Shown here in pieces: positions 34,671 to 44,891 of a stretch of DNA of 64,000 nt. The notes beneath the pieces were generated by a model. The model saw only the letters and a list, made by a program, of their open reading frames with translations, had not been told where the DNA came from and ran no database searches. A program made the translations under genes and the position numbers. The stretch covers positions 42,509 through 106,508 of the forward strand of contig CAXGWS010000002.1 in assembly GCA_964013535.1 (NCBI GenBank). Reading direction: 5' to 3'. The DNA comes from an uncultured Candidatus Poseidoniales archaeon. GTDB taxonomy: Archaea > Thermoplasmatota > Poseidoniia > Poseidoniales > Poseidoniaceae. The first letter of the stretch is position 1, and the number at the start of each line of letters is the position of its first letter.

Positions 34671-36656
34671 CTATCCGTGACGACCGAAATGGTGGTCCAA
34701 TGAGTCAATATTTATTCTTAGTGCTGTAGGCCGCCCATGAACACAAGCCCAAGGATTCGGTATTCTCTTCATATCTTGAATCAATCTACGCATTTCTGAA
34801 ATAGTCAGCTTTTCATTAGCTTTTACCGCACCTCTGCAAGCATTCATGAAAGCAATATGATCTCTTAATTTCTCTAGAGTTTCAAGAGGTGCTCCATCCT
34901 CTGACAAATCTTGCAGTAAATCCTTGAAAATTTGTTCAATGTCTTGCCCTTTAATGAATAGTGGATGTGAGATTATTGTCGCTGAGTTTTTATCTATGGT
35001 GACCTTAAATCCCATTGCTGATAGTTGTTCTATAGAGCCTTCAATTACTTGTTTTTGTACTGGATTAATTTCTATGACAATCGGTGCGATCAGGTTTTGC
35101 GCAGCCCAATGCTGTTCTGATTGTTTCAGTCTTTCATACCTAACCCTTTCATGTAACGCATGTTGGTCAATAAGTAGTAACTCATCGTTTGACTGAACGA
35201 TAATGTAAGAATCTGCAAATTGAGCGAGTGGTTCCATGTCACCGATTGAATTTTCTTCTCCACGCAGTTCCTCTTCCTCTAGCGGGGACATCGAGATTCC
35301 GTTATGCGAATGTCGGTGTAAATCCCTTTCAGCGCTAGATAGTGCAGGTGAAATCGGTTTCTTTGGTAATCCTGGGAGAGTTTCTTGTGGCGTTTCTGAT
35401 TTTGAAATGGGTCGTGATTTTTCTGCTTTTTTTAGTTCATCTGCCTTATCACCTGTTAGGTTTAGTTGGGTTCCAGCAGCTATAGCCCACGCTGGTACCT
35501 CGCTTTGGATTGGCTTAAACTGGCTGAAATCATCATTTACTTTTGATGCAGTCTTAGTTTCAAAAAGAGAATCTTGTATCGGTTTTACATTTCGGTTTAA
35601 TGATGATAATCCAATAATACTACCATCTCCTTCTGGTTCAGTTGCCACATTTTCCAAAGTGTAAGCAATTGCTCTCTCAAGTCTTTCAAGAACTCTCCAA
35701 GAGTGTTTTAGACGCACCTCTCGTTTGGTTGGGTGGACATTAACATCAACTTCTGAGGCAGGAATGTTAAGTGATAGTACGGCTACTGGATGTCTTCCTT
35801 GCATCAATCTGGTCTTGTAACCTCGTCTTATCGCTTGATGAAATGGCCCTGAAGCGACTGGCCGTTCGTTGATTAAGATGTAAACCTCATCACCTTTCCC
35901 TCTAGTTATATCTGGAGTACTTATCCAACCAGACCAACTTTCACTGCCAGGGACGTCGATGTCTTTTGCCGGACTTTGTAATTCAATTAGTTGAGATGCT
36001 TGACCTCCAAGAATATCATAGAGCCGATCAGCCGTGTTATCTGATTTTGGAATATTTAGTATTGTCTTTTCGTCTGAAATTAACTTAAAACCAACTCCGT
36101 TATTTGAAATTGCATGGGATACAATGACGTCAACAATTTTGGCATTTTCCGTTGCAGGCCTTCTTTGGAAAGATAATCTTGCAGGCGTATTTTTGAAAAT
36201 ATTCTTGACAGAAACTATGGTTCCAAAAGACATTCCGTGAGACTCAACCGCACCTTTTTTACCGAAATCAACAACAATACCGTAACCCTCAGAGTCACTG
36301 GTTTTGCTAGCAACAAATAATTCAGATACCACTCCGATACTGGCTAATGCTTCACCTCGAAATCCCATAGTATATATCTCATTCAAATCACTGAATGTAC
36401 TAAGTTTTGAGGTAGCATGCCGGTCAACTGATAAAGCGATATCATCTTTGACGATTCCAGAGCCATTATCGACTACTTTAATTAAATCAAAACCGCCTCT
36501 TTCAATGAAAACATCGATTTGGTTCGCATTTGCATCTAGACTATTTTCTAATAATTCCTTCACTACTTGTGCTGGCCGTTCAACAACTTCACCAGCAGCG
36601 ATATGGCCAATAGTTTCTGCATCAAGTTGAGAGATTCTACTACTACGATTTGTCAT
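34671..36656 (-). CDS. mutL: DNA mismatch repair protein MutL
   Basis: IAAGEVVERP, KELLENSLDA, GFRGEAL, DVNVHPTKREV; endonuclease motif DQHALHERVRYE; ACR; CVHGRP. Confidence 0.97.
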   Translation of the reverse strand: MTNRSSRISQLDAETIGHIAAGEVVERPAQVVKELLENSLDANANQIDVFIERGGFDLIKVVDNGSGIVKDDIALSVDRHATSKLSTFSDLNEIYTMGFRGEALASIGVVSELFVASKTSDSEGYGIVVDFGKKGAVESHGMSFGTIVSVKNIFKNTPARLSFQRRPATENAKIVDVIVSHAISNNGVGFKLISDEKTILNIPKSDNTADRLYDILGGQASQLIELQSPAKDIDVPGSESWSGWISTPDITRGKGDEVYILINERPVASGPFHQAIRRGYKTRLMQGRHPVAVLSLNIPASEVDVNVHPTKREVRLKHSWRVLERLERAIAYTLENVATEPEGDGSIIGLSSLNRNVKPIQDSLFETKTASKVNDDFSQFKPIQSEVPAWAIAAGTQLNLTGDKADELKKAEKSRPISKSETPQETLPGLPKKPISPALSSAERDLHRHSHNGISMSPLEEEELRGEENSIGDMEPLAQFADSYIIVQSNDELLLIDQHALHERVRYERLKQSEQHWAAQNLIAPIVIEINPVQKQVIEGSIEQLSAMGFKVTIDKNSATIISHPLFIKGQDIEQIFKDLLQDLSEDGAPLETLEKLRDHIAFMNACRGAVKANEKLTISEMRRLIQDMKRIPNPWACVHGRPTALRINIDSLDHHFGRHG

Positions 36657-36657
36657 G

Positions 36658-39303
36658 TTAATCCTCCAACATTGATTTTGCTTCGTAGAGTGCATCCATG
36701 GCGTCTCTTGGGGACATATTGTCCAAATCTAAGTCTTTTAGGAATGAGAATAGTTGGGTTTCTTCAAGGGATGTAAGTTTATGCTCACTTCCATCCTTGG
36801 CCATTGAAGCAGCGGCAAAATATCCCATTAAACTCGTTTGACCAACTTCTCTTGCAATTGGTGATGAAGAGTCTCCAGCCTTGGCTCCGTATGCTTGCTG
36901 TTCTAAGAATTGAAGTAAATCCGATGCTCTCTCAACCACGCTACGTGGCAATCCAGCCAACGCTCCAACTTGTATCCCATAGGATTCATCGCATGGTCCA
37001 TCAGCAATAGTATGCAAAAATTTCAATTTTCCGTTAACTTGTGAGACTTGAACATGGATATTCTTTAAAATTTCAATGTCTTTTTCCAAGCCAACAAGTT
37101 GATGATAATGGGTCGCAAATAATGTTCTTGACTGGATTCTATTGCATATGTCTTCAGTGACAGACCAAGCGATAGATAAACCATCGAATGTAGATGTTCC
37201 ACGGCCAATTTCATCTAACAAAACCAATGAATTCTTTGTTGCCTTGCGAAGAATATGTGCCACTTCAATCATCTCCATCATGAATGTTGAACGACCTCTT
37301 TTCAGATCATCACTTGCCCCAACTCTCGTGAAGATTCTGTCGACTAAACCTAGCCTTGCTGATTCTGCTGGAACATAGCTGCCAGACTGAGCTAAAATCG
37401 AAATTAATGCTGCGGTTCTCAGATACGTCGATTTTCCACCCATGTTTGGTCCGGTAATCAACAAGAATCGGTTTTTTTTGTCCATAACAATGTCGTTGGC
37501 AACAAAACCATGATTTTGTTCTAGGACGGGGTGTCTTGATTGTTTTATGTTGATTGTTGAATCATCAACCATTTTTGGCTTATTCCAATTTCTCTTGCGG
37601 GCAACTGTTGCAAAACATTGCAGAACATCTATGGCCGCAATTTTGCCAGCAATTTCAGCCAATGTCGATGAATTCTTTCGACATTCGTCTCTTAGATTTT
37701 GGAACAGTGAATATTCTATTTGTTTTATTTTTGAGTCCGCAGACATCAATAAGTCATCCCTTTCCATTAATTCCTCGGTAGTAAATCTCGAACCATTGGT
37801 CATCTGTTGTTTTCGAATCCAATTTTCTGGAACTTTTTCTAAATGAGAATTTGTCACTTCAATAAACCAGCCTATTTGGCGATTGGACTTGACCTTGAGA
37901 GAGGGTATTTCTAACTCCTTTCGCAACTGTGTTTCCAAATTTTTGAACCATTGATAACCATCCATTGATATCTCACGTAATTCGTCTAATTCAATATTAA
38001 CGCCCTTCCTAATGATTCCTCCGTCCCTTAATCCTAGTGGGAGTTCATCATTCAGCGTCCTAATTATGTGTTCTGCCATATCTGACAGAGCCGTCAAATT
38101 TTCGCTAAGATGAGTCAACAGAACATCACTAGCATCAAGACATATTTGAGAAATTGCTGGCATCCTTTCTAATGCTAATGCAGTTGCAAGCAGGTCTCTC
38201 GCATTACTTCGATTGTATGCTAACTGTGTTGAGAGTCTTTCAATATCCCTCAAACCTGCTAAATTCTTTCTTAGCATATCTAATCGTTTAGATGATGATT
38301 TCAGAATCTTAACTGCATTGTGTCTTAGTTCTATTGCTTCAACTTGATGTAGCGGCCTCAATAACCATGTCTTCAATAGTCTTCGACCCATCGCGGTGCG
38401 ACAGAAATTCATACTTGATACCAAACTACCTTCATACTCGCCTGAAAGGGTACTGGTAATCTCCAAGTTCCTCAAAGTTGTTTGGTCAACGATCAAATGT
38501 CCGGTTTCCTCGACGATATGCAAATCGCGCAACGGGATATCATCTTTGAAATGAACCTCGGCGAGATAATCTGCCGCAAAACCGGCTGCTTCGATGGAAA
38601 GTGGCGAATTATCTAGATCCAAATGGCCTAGATCAGATACTTCTAGGAGTGATTCAAGTCGTTCAAGCCGTCTTTTTTTGTTCACGCTGTGTTGTGATAT
38701 AACGCAATTATCCAAGTTTGCAAAAATGGCACAAAGCTCTGAATTTTCAGCATCTTTAGGCGAAATTACGATTTCTGCGGGATTCCACCTTAGTAACTCA
38801 TCCTCTAAACTGCTGAACCGTTCATTATCCATCCAAGTCGAGGCCCATGACTCTCCAGTGGAAGAATCAATAACAGCCATGCTCAATGAGGATTTAGACA
38901 GAACCACTGAACTCAGTACAGAGCGCTCATCAGTCGCCAGCAAAGACTCTTCATACAGGCTACCAGGGGTGTAAATTCTCGTAACGACTCTTTCGAGCAA
39001 TTTCGCTCCTTCACGCAACTCTTGCTCTTGTTCAGCAACGGTTACCTTGAAGCCGGACTTTAGCATAATCTTGAGATTATCTTCCAAAGCATGCCACGGG
39101 AAGCCAGCCATTGGTATTGGCTGTGCAGCATTTTTATCGCGTGAGGTAAGAGCAAGGCCTAGAACAGGCGCGGCTACTTCAGCATCTTCGTGAAATAACT
39201 CGTAAAAGTCACCCATTCGGAAAAAGAGAATGGTTCCGGGATGTTCATGTTTTATTTCCATGAATTGGTCCATCATTGTTCTCTTCGACAATATAGTCAC
39301 CAC
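36658..39303 (-). CDS. mutS: DNA mismatch repair protein MutS (MutS1)
   Basis: FFRMGDFYELF, ITGPNMGGKSTY, STFMMEM, LDEIGRGTST, ATHYH, SYGI. Confidence 0.97.
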   Translation of the reverse strand: MVTILSKRTMMDQFMEIKHEHPGTILFFRMGDFYELFHEDAEVAAPVLGLALTSRDKNAAQPIPMAGFPWHALEDNLKIMLKSGFKVTVAEQEQELREGAKLLERVVTRIYTPGSLYEESLLATDERSVLSSVVLSKSSLSMAVIDSSTGESWASTWMDNERFSSLEDELLRWNPAEIVISPKDAENSELCAIFANLDNCVISQHSVNKKRRLERLESLLEVSDLGHLDLDNSPLSIEAAGFAADYLAEVHFKDDIPLRDLHIVEETGHLIVDQTTLRNLEITSTLSGEYEGSLVSSMNFCRTAMGRRLLKTWLLRPLHQVEAIELRHNAVKILKSSSKRLDMLRKNLAGLRDIERLSTQLAYNRSNARDLLATALALERMPAISQICLDASDVLLTHLSENLTALSDMAEHIIRTLNDELPLGLRDGGIIRKGVNIELDELREISMDGYQWFKNLETQLRKELEIPSLKVKSNRQIGWFIEVTNSHLEKVPENWIRKQQMTNGSRFTTEELMERDDLLMSADSKIKQIEYSLFQNLRDECRKNSSTLAEIAGKIAAIDVLQCFATVARKRNWNKPKMVDDSTINIKQSRHPVLEQNHGFVANDIVMDKKNRFLLITGPNMGGKSTYLRTAALISILAQSGSYVPAESARLGLVDRIFTRVGASDDLKRGRSTFMMEMIEVAHILRKATKNSLVLLDEIGRGTSTFDGLSIAWSVTEDICNRIQSRTLFATHYHQLVGLEKDIEILKNIHVQVSQVNGKLKFLHTIADGPCDESYGIQVGALAGLPRSVVERASDLLQFLEQQAYGAKAGDSSSPIAREVGQTSLMGYFAAASMAKDGSEHKLTSLEETQLFSFLKDLDLDNMSPRDAMDALYEAKSMLED

Positions 39304-39386
39304 ACATCGCAGGGTTTGACTCTCATAGACCGTAGCAAATGAAGGTTGTCAAAACATTTGGTGTTGTGTGTTGATTTTGCTGAAGA

Positions 39387-40577
39387 TTATTGTTTAAATT
39401 TATCATATATATTAACTGCCATAACTGCAAACATTATCAGTGAAATTACAATGAATGATAAATTGATGAAGCCACTACCAGATTCTATAGAACCTAAGGC
39501 TGATGTGTCAAATGTAAGTACCTTTGGTGAACCATTTTCATCAATGCCATGTAGATGTACAATAGTTCCGTCGAATCCAGCAGCCTCGACATTAATTGGT
39601 ATGTCATGTGGCAGGTTCTCTACACTCCACGAATCCCCCGAGAATCTCAATACTGAACTGGAATCTTGGCCATTAAACAACCAAGCGCTGTCACATTTGT
39701 CAGATGCTGCAGCAACACTCGAATAATCCATGGTCTCGAAATCTCCAGTTTGATAGTTTAGGATTATGGTCTCATGACTTCCAGCGATGACAAACTGTTC
39801 GTTATTTAGCTTGAGTGCAGTGTGATACTCACCGTATTCTCCAATATGTAAGTCATCTATCATTGGTGCTGTGTAACCACCATTCCAAAGCACCTTAGCC
39901 CATACTGGTTTGAGATTTGGTGCAGCAGGACTCTCTCCACCAGAAGTGGCTGGGGCGTTATAGATGCCAGTTGCAATCCACTGTTGGTCCGAAACGTGTG
40001 CCAAATTATCCCATATGACATTCTCATTATTTGGGGTGATAGAACTGGTTATACCAGTCGTATTTAGCCCTCTAATACTATTGACGCTATCGGTTTCTTG
40101 GGTAATCATAAGGAATCTCTGTGGGTCAGTTTTTGATTGTGTAATATCAATAACGCCAAAATTATCAACTCCGAAATTAGTTTCATACTCATATGTCTGT
40201 AAATTTTCGATCAAAATTACTTTCTCTAAACCGTTTGTGACTAGAACGCTTGAGTTTTCTATGGTTGTGATTTGAGAAATTCTGCTAACATCAAATTGTG
40301 AATCTTTATCCATTATGACATTAATTGAACCGGATTCTATCGCAATCAATTGATAGTTGCCATCTGAATATGTTGAAGCAACTGCGGACGTATCGTCGGA
40401 ATAAGTGATTTCCATCACTCGGTGTTCTGCTCCAAATTCATTTTCAGTGAGATCAACGCCTGGTAAGTGAGTAGTTCCTTTGATTAATACCGCTCCTAAA
40501 ATTACAAAAATAAAGAATCCTGAAATAGCCAGCCACTGATGCTCTGATTCCTGTTGGAGAATCTTACGCCACACCAT
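39387..40577 (-). CDS. Hypothetical membrane protein (N- and C-terminal TM helices, beta-rich middle)
   Basis: Hydrophobic segments at both ends; long ORF. Confidence 0.55.
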   Translation of the reverse strand: MVWRKILQQESEHQWLAISGFFIFVILGAVLIKGTTHLPGVDLTENEFGAEHRVMEITYSDDTSAVASTYSDGNYQLIAIESGSINVIMDKDSQFDVSRISQITTIENSSVLVTNGLEKVILIENLQTYEYETNFGVDNFGVIDITQSKTDPQRFLMITQETDSVNSIRGLNTTGITSSITPNNENVIWDNLAHVSDQQWIATGIYNAPATSGGESPAAPNLKPVWAKVLWNGGYTAPMIDDLHIGEYGEYHTALKLNNEQFVIAGSHETIILNYQTGDFETMDYSSVAAASDKCDSAWLFNGQDSSSVLRFSGDSWSVENLPHDIPINVEAAGFDGTIVHLHGIDENGSPKVLTFDTSALGSIESGSGFINLSFIVISLIMFAVMAVNIYDKFKQ

Positions 40578-40721
40578 AACCGTCGCCCGCAAACATAGGT
40601 TGCAATATCTAGCATTTTATTGTTGCAGGCTACGTCGCCGATTTTTTCTGTTTAGTCTTTGTTGGCCATGCGGAGAAGTCATAAAGGGAACATGATTCGC
40701 AGGAATGCTTGGAGGACTAAC

Positions 40722-41261
40722 ATGGCACGTAAACCAGCATCAATGTATCGAAGACTGAAGGGTCCTGCATATACTCGACGTAAGTATATTGGCGGTGTTC
40801 CAAATAACAGAATTCACCAATTTCACGTTGGAAACCGCCGTGCTGCAGAGACAGGACAGTTTTCAGTAATAGTTGAACTAATTGCAGATACTGACTGCCA
40901 AATTAGGCATACTGCACTCGAGGCAGCTCGTGTTATCTCAAATTCAACAATCAGGAAACAAGCAGGTGCTCAAGGATATGCACTAAGAGTCCACACATAC
41001 CCACACCACGTCCTAAGAGAAAACAAGCAAGCAACAGGTGCTGGTGCTGACCGTGTCTCGCAGGGAATGCGCTGTGCATTTGGAAAGAATGTCGGAACTG
41101 CTGCCCGAGTAAAGCGAGGACAAAGAGTAATTTCGATTCAAGTAGACCCTGAGTTCTACCTAACTGCTAGAGATGCTCTTAGAAAGGCGAGCATGAAGTT
41201 CCCAACTCCATGTACAATCAAACTCATCAAAGGCCACGAACATCTCAAAGGTCTCATTTGA
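40722..41261 (+). CDS. rpl10e: 50S ribosomal protein L10e (uL16)
   Basis: MARKPASMYR, YTRRKYIGG, QIRHTALEAAR, HVLRENKQATGAGADR..GMR.AFGK; GGAGG SD. Confidence 0.97.
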   Translation: MARKPASMYRRLKGPAYTRRKYIGGVPNNRIHQFHVGNRRAAETGQFSVIVELIADTDCQIRHTALEAARVISNSTIRKQAGAQGYALRVHTYPHHVLRENKQATGAGADRVSQGMRCAFGKNVGTAARVKRGQRVISIQVDPEFYLTARDALRKASMKFPTPCTIKLIKGHEHLKGLI

Positions 41262-41277
41262 TTATTGTAACAGAATG

Positions 41278-41302
41278 ATTACACTCTTTTTTGGAGTGTA
41301 AT
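41278..41302 (+). terminator. Intergenic hairpin (possible terminator or RNA processing/stability element)
   Basis: Perfect 9-bp inverted repeat ATTACACTC / GAGTGTAAT around TTTTTTG, between rpl10e and ABCE1. Confidence 0.45.
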
Positions 41303-41342
41303 TGAAAAACAACGTATGTTTAGATTAGTTTGAGGGAAGAAT

Positions 41343-43115
41343 ATGCGCATTGCAGTCTTGATAGAAGACCGTTGTAAGCCAAATAGCAACGCATATGATT
41401 ACTTGAAAAAATGGGCAGGATCCTGTGGCGGCGAGTGCATACAAGTTATTGGTGACAAATGCAAGATTTTGGAAAGTGCTTGTCCCCCCTGTATCGTGCG
41501 AGCAAAACACTGCCCTGATGACGCCGTGGTAATAATAAATCTACCAGCTGAGTTAGAGACAGATATGGTGCATCGATATTCACTAAATGGGTTTAGGCTG
41601 TTTAAACTTCCAACACCGTCGAAAGACAGCGTAGTAGGGATACTTGGTCCAAATGGTATGGGTAAATCAACCGCAATCAATGCATTATCGGGACGAATGG
41701 TGCCAAATTTAGGAGACTGGGCAAATAAATCTCCGGATTGGGAAAGCATAATTGAAACCTTACCTAGGGGTGAATTACGGGATTTTTTAATTGCCGTTAA
41801 AGAGCAGAAGATTACTATTGCAGTAAAACCGCAAAATGTCGATAAAATCCCCAAAAAGATAGACGGAACTGTTGGTGACTTGCTGTCTAAGGTTGACGAG
41901 CGAGGTATATTTGAGGAGATCACAAACGAGCTTGGACTGAATCATTTGTTGGATCGTAAAGTAAAACAATTGTCCGGAGGAGAACTTCAGAGAATGGCAA
42001 TATGTGCGACTTTAATGAAGGATGCAGATGTTTACTTCTTTGATGAGCCTTCGTCTTACCTTGACATCCACCAGAGGATGAAAATCGTCAAGATAATACA
42101 AAAACTTGCTACGACAAAACGAGTAATAGTCATCGAACACGATTTAGCGGTACTCGATGTTTTGGCAGACTTGGTCCACATAGTCTACGGGAAGAAAGGG
42201 GCATTTGGGGTATTTACCCCTGCTCGAACAACCAGACAAGCAATAAATTCCTATCTCGATGGCTACCTCACAGAACAAAATGTGAGAATACGAAGTAAGC
42301 CAATCAAATTTTTACTTCACAGGGACCGAAATACCTCTGTTGGAAATCAAATTGTGTCATGGGCAGGGTTGAAGAAAAGCCTTGGAGATTTCAACTTCAG
42401 TGCTGAAGAGGGTGCACTACACAGAGGGGAAGTAGTTGGTGTAGTTGGTCCAAACGGTACGGGTAAATCTACTATGATGAAGATACTTGCAGGGCTTATT
42501 GAGTACGATGATGGATGGGTTGAAAACACACCAACTGTTTCTTACAAGCCACAGCATATTGATGTAGATATGGATTGCAGCGTCCAGCTCTGGCTTGATA
42601 GTGAAATCGGCGCTAAGTGGCGTAGCGGAGAATTTAATGTCAATGTAATCAAAGCCTTAGGGGTTGATCAATTATTGCCTAAACGAGTAAAGAAACTGTC
42701 CGGTGGAGAGCGTCAAGCTGTATCAATTGCCATTTGTCTTGGACGTGATGCAGACTTGTACTTGTTAGATGAGCCATCAGCTCACCTTGATGCGAATGCT
42801 AGAATGGAAGCAGCCAAAGCGATTCGAAGAACCATGGAATCAAACGAAAAGTCAGCATTTGTCATCGATCACGATGTTTATTTCATAGACATACTAAGTG
42901 ACTCTTTGTTGGTTTTTGAAGGGGATGGTGGACAATATGGTAAGGCCACTGGACCATTCAGCCTAAGAGACGGTATGAACCGATTTTTGAAGGGAGTCAA
43001 TATCACCTTTAGGCGAGATCATGATTCTAAACGCCCAAGGATAAACAAGTTGGAAAGCCGCAAAGACCGTGAGCAACAATCTTCAGGAGATTACTACTCA
43101 TTTGAATCGAAATAG
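41343..43115 (+). CDS. rli: Ribosome recycling factor ABCE1 (RLI) with atypical N-terminal Cys pattern
   Basis: MRIAV, INLP, HRY..NGFRLF.LP.P; two ABC cassettes (GPNGMGKST, LSGGELQR, GPNGTGKST, LSGGERQ); GMNRFL..ITFRRD...RPRINK. Confidence 0.95.
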   Translation: MRIAVLIEDRCKPNSNAYDYLKKWAGSCGGECIQVIGDKCKILESACPPCIVRAKHCPDDAVVIINLPAELETDMVHRYSLNGFRLFKLPTPSKDSVVGILGPNGMGKSTAINALSGRMVPNLGDWANKSPDWESIIETLPRGELRDFLIAVKEQKITIAVKPQNVDKIPKKIDGTVGDLLSKVDERGIFEEITNELGLNHLLDRKVKQLSGGELQRMAICATLMKDADVYFFDEPSSYLDIHQRMKIVKIIQKLATTKRVIVIEHDLAVLDVLADLVHIVYGKKGAFGVFTPARTTRQAINSYLDGYLTEQNVRIRSKPIKFLLHRDRNTSVGNQIVSWAGLKKSLGDFNFSAEEGALHRGEVVGVVGPNGTGKSTMMKILAGLIEYDDGWVENTPTVSYKPQHIDVDMDCSVQLWLDSEIGAKWRSGEFNVNVIKALGVDQLLPKRVKKLSGGERQAVSIAICLGRDADLYLLDEPSAHLDANARMEAAKAIRRTMESNEKSAFVIDHDVYFIDILSDSLLVFEGDGGQYGKATGPFSLRDGMNRFLKGVNITFRRDHDSKRPRINKLESRKDREQQSSGDYYSFESK

Positions 43116-43123
43116 GTGAGATT

Positions 43124-44854
43124 ATGCCGTTTGGAACACCGCCATCAGGAGGGCCACTAAGCAGAAGCCGAACTAGAATTTCTGCGTCATCACTCACGAA
43201 GTACCTGAGATGCCCTCAGCAGTTTTTCCTAACCAATAAATTAGGTCTATCGAGTCCGAAATCGATTTCGCAAATACTAGGAATAGTTTTGGAAGATTCA
43301 CTATGTTCAATCCTAATGAGGAGGCCAGTAAGTATTAACTCACTCGAAGAATTAGAATCATGGTGCTATGAATTAGCCGAACATGAAGCAGTTAACTGCT
43401 ACGAATTGGGTAAGCAAAGGTGGGACTCAACAATGTGGCAAAATTCTACGCAAAGTTGGAATGATGTAACTGTTGAGGAGTTGTCGAGAAAAATAAAAAA
43501 TGGCTTGAAATTATTCCTAAAAGAGGTAAAAAATTGTTTTAATTCAAATGGTGGACCATATTTAGCGGATTTTAGATCGGGTACTACGCCCTTCAAAATC
43601 CCAAGTCCGTCATGGGGCGATGAACCGATTTTTCCTATTCCGGACAAGGTTAGAAATTTTGGCATGAGGACTTGGGCTAAAGATGAACCAATGACTTGGC
43701 AGGCTGCAGGTGAGCCAATTACTTGGGTAGAAGCTTGGGAAATTGCAAGGCCATGGGTAAAAGATCCTAGAGTTCACCAACCTCAAAGACTGTTTCATCC
43801 TGATGGATGGGCAGCAGGTGAATTAGATTTAGTTTTGAGATGGGATGGTAAAATTAGATTGATCGACATAAAGTCGGGAAGTCCATCTTCAAAGTTCGCC
43901 GAATCTCTGATTCACCAACTGAATTTCTATGCGTGGTTGTGGCATGAAACGCATGACAATGAGCCTGTTGAAAAAATTGAAGGTTGGTATTTAGACGGGC
44001 CTGAAATCGTAGAATTCGCAGTCCCCTCGCTTGATGAGTTCCAGGACCTCGGTGCGAAATATCGCAATATTCACCGAGAGATGCTTGATTTGGGTGAAGG
44101 ACCGGTTAAATTCCCGGACAGTTACCCATCTCCTTGTACTCAATCTGCTGGATGCTTTTGGTGTTCATTCGGTAACAAAGACTATGATTATGAATCAGAT
44201 TATTTGAGTGAATTAGAAAATACCGAGATAGCAATCACATCTCCAAGCCAGAACATTGGAGATATCCAGTCTAGAGTCAACATCAAAGGAAAATTCACGG
44301 GCCAGTGGGGTCCTCTGCCTAATCATTATGCTGAACCGGTTTTAGGTGCAATGGTGAGCGTCTCTGGAACTCAAATCACCATTGAAGAAAGTGAGCCTAA
44401 TGGCTTTCCATCTCTGCATGATTTCTCAGACGGAGAGGTGCTAATAATCGATGCATTACCTGGTGTTTGGCGCGGTAACCCAAGACTCTATCTTGACAAC
44501 AAAAGTAAGATTGTTCCGATTAAATCGAGTAACATTGAGGATTTAGAGGCTTATGAGATCACTAGAGTTGGTTTGATGAGAACTAGGGCAAATATTGAAG
44601 GAGTTATTGTTTCTATAGACAAAAGAACCGGCGTTAGGTTAGATGAAAAGCCTTGGTCAATGCTAAATTTACATTTATGGGATGGAAATCATGTCGTCGA
44701 AGTAGTTGCTTTTGGTTCGAGCATAACTAGTCAAATGTTATCGCTAAGGCCCGGTGAAAAAATTAAGATCATTTCAGCAGAGTTAGGTTGGAGGTCGGGA
44801 TTGCCACAATTGAGAATCGATCAACGCTCAACCAGAATTATCAATCTAGATTAA
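43124..44854 (+). CDS. RecB/AddB/Cas4-like PD-(D/E)XK nuclease fused to C-terminal OB folds (paralog A)
   Basis: ISASSL..Y.RCP, GELDLV, IDIKSG, QLNFY, C-x5-CxxC; C-terminal OB-like NIEGVIVSI...LHLWDGN..VEVVAFG...LRPGEKIKI. Confidence 0.8.
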   Translation: MPFGTPPSGGPLSRSRTRISASSLTKYLRCPQQFFLTNKLGLSSPKSISQILGIVLEDSLCSILMRRPVSINSLEELESWCYELAEHEAVNCYELGKQRWDSTMWQNSTQSWNDVTVEELSRKIKNGLKLFLKEVKNCFNSNGGPYLADFRSGTTPFKIPSPSWGDEPIFPIPDKVRNFGMRTWAKDEPMTWQAAGEPITWVEAWEIARPWVKDPRVHQPQRLFHPDGWAAGELDLVLRWDGKIRLIDIKSGSPSSKFAESLIHQLNFYAWLWHETHDNEPVEKIEGWYLDGPEIVEFAVPSLDEFQDLGAKYRNIHREMLDLGEGPVKFPDSYPSPCTQSAGCFWCSFGNKDYDYESDYLSELENTEIAITSPSQNIGDIQSRVNIKGKFTGQWGPLPNHYAEPVLGAMVSVSGTQITIEESEPNGFPSLHDFSDGEVLIIDALPGVWRGNPRLYLDNKSKIVPIKSSNIEDLEAYEITRVGLMRTRANIEGVIVSIDKRTGVRLDEKPWSMLNLHLWDGNHVVEVVAFGSSITSQMLSLRPGEKIKIISAELGWRSGLPQLRIDQRSTRIINLD

Positions 44855-44891
44855 GGTAGATTTGAAATGGGTTAACCATAAACCCCGAAGC

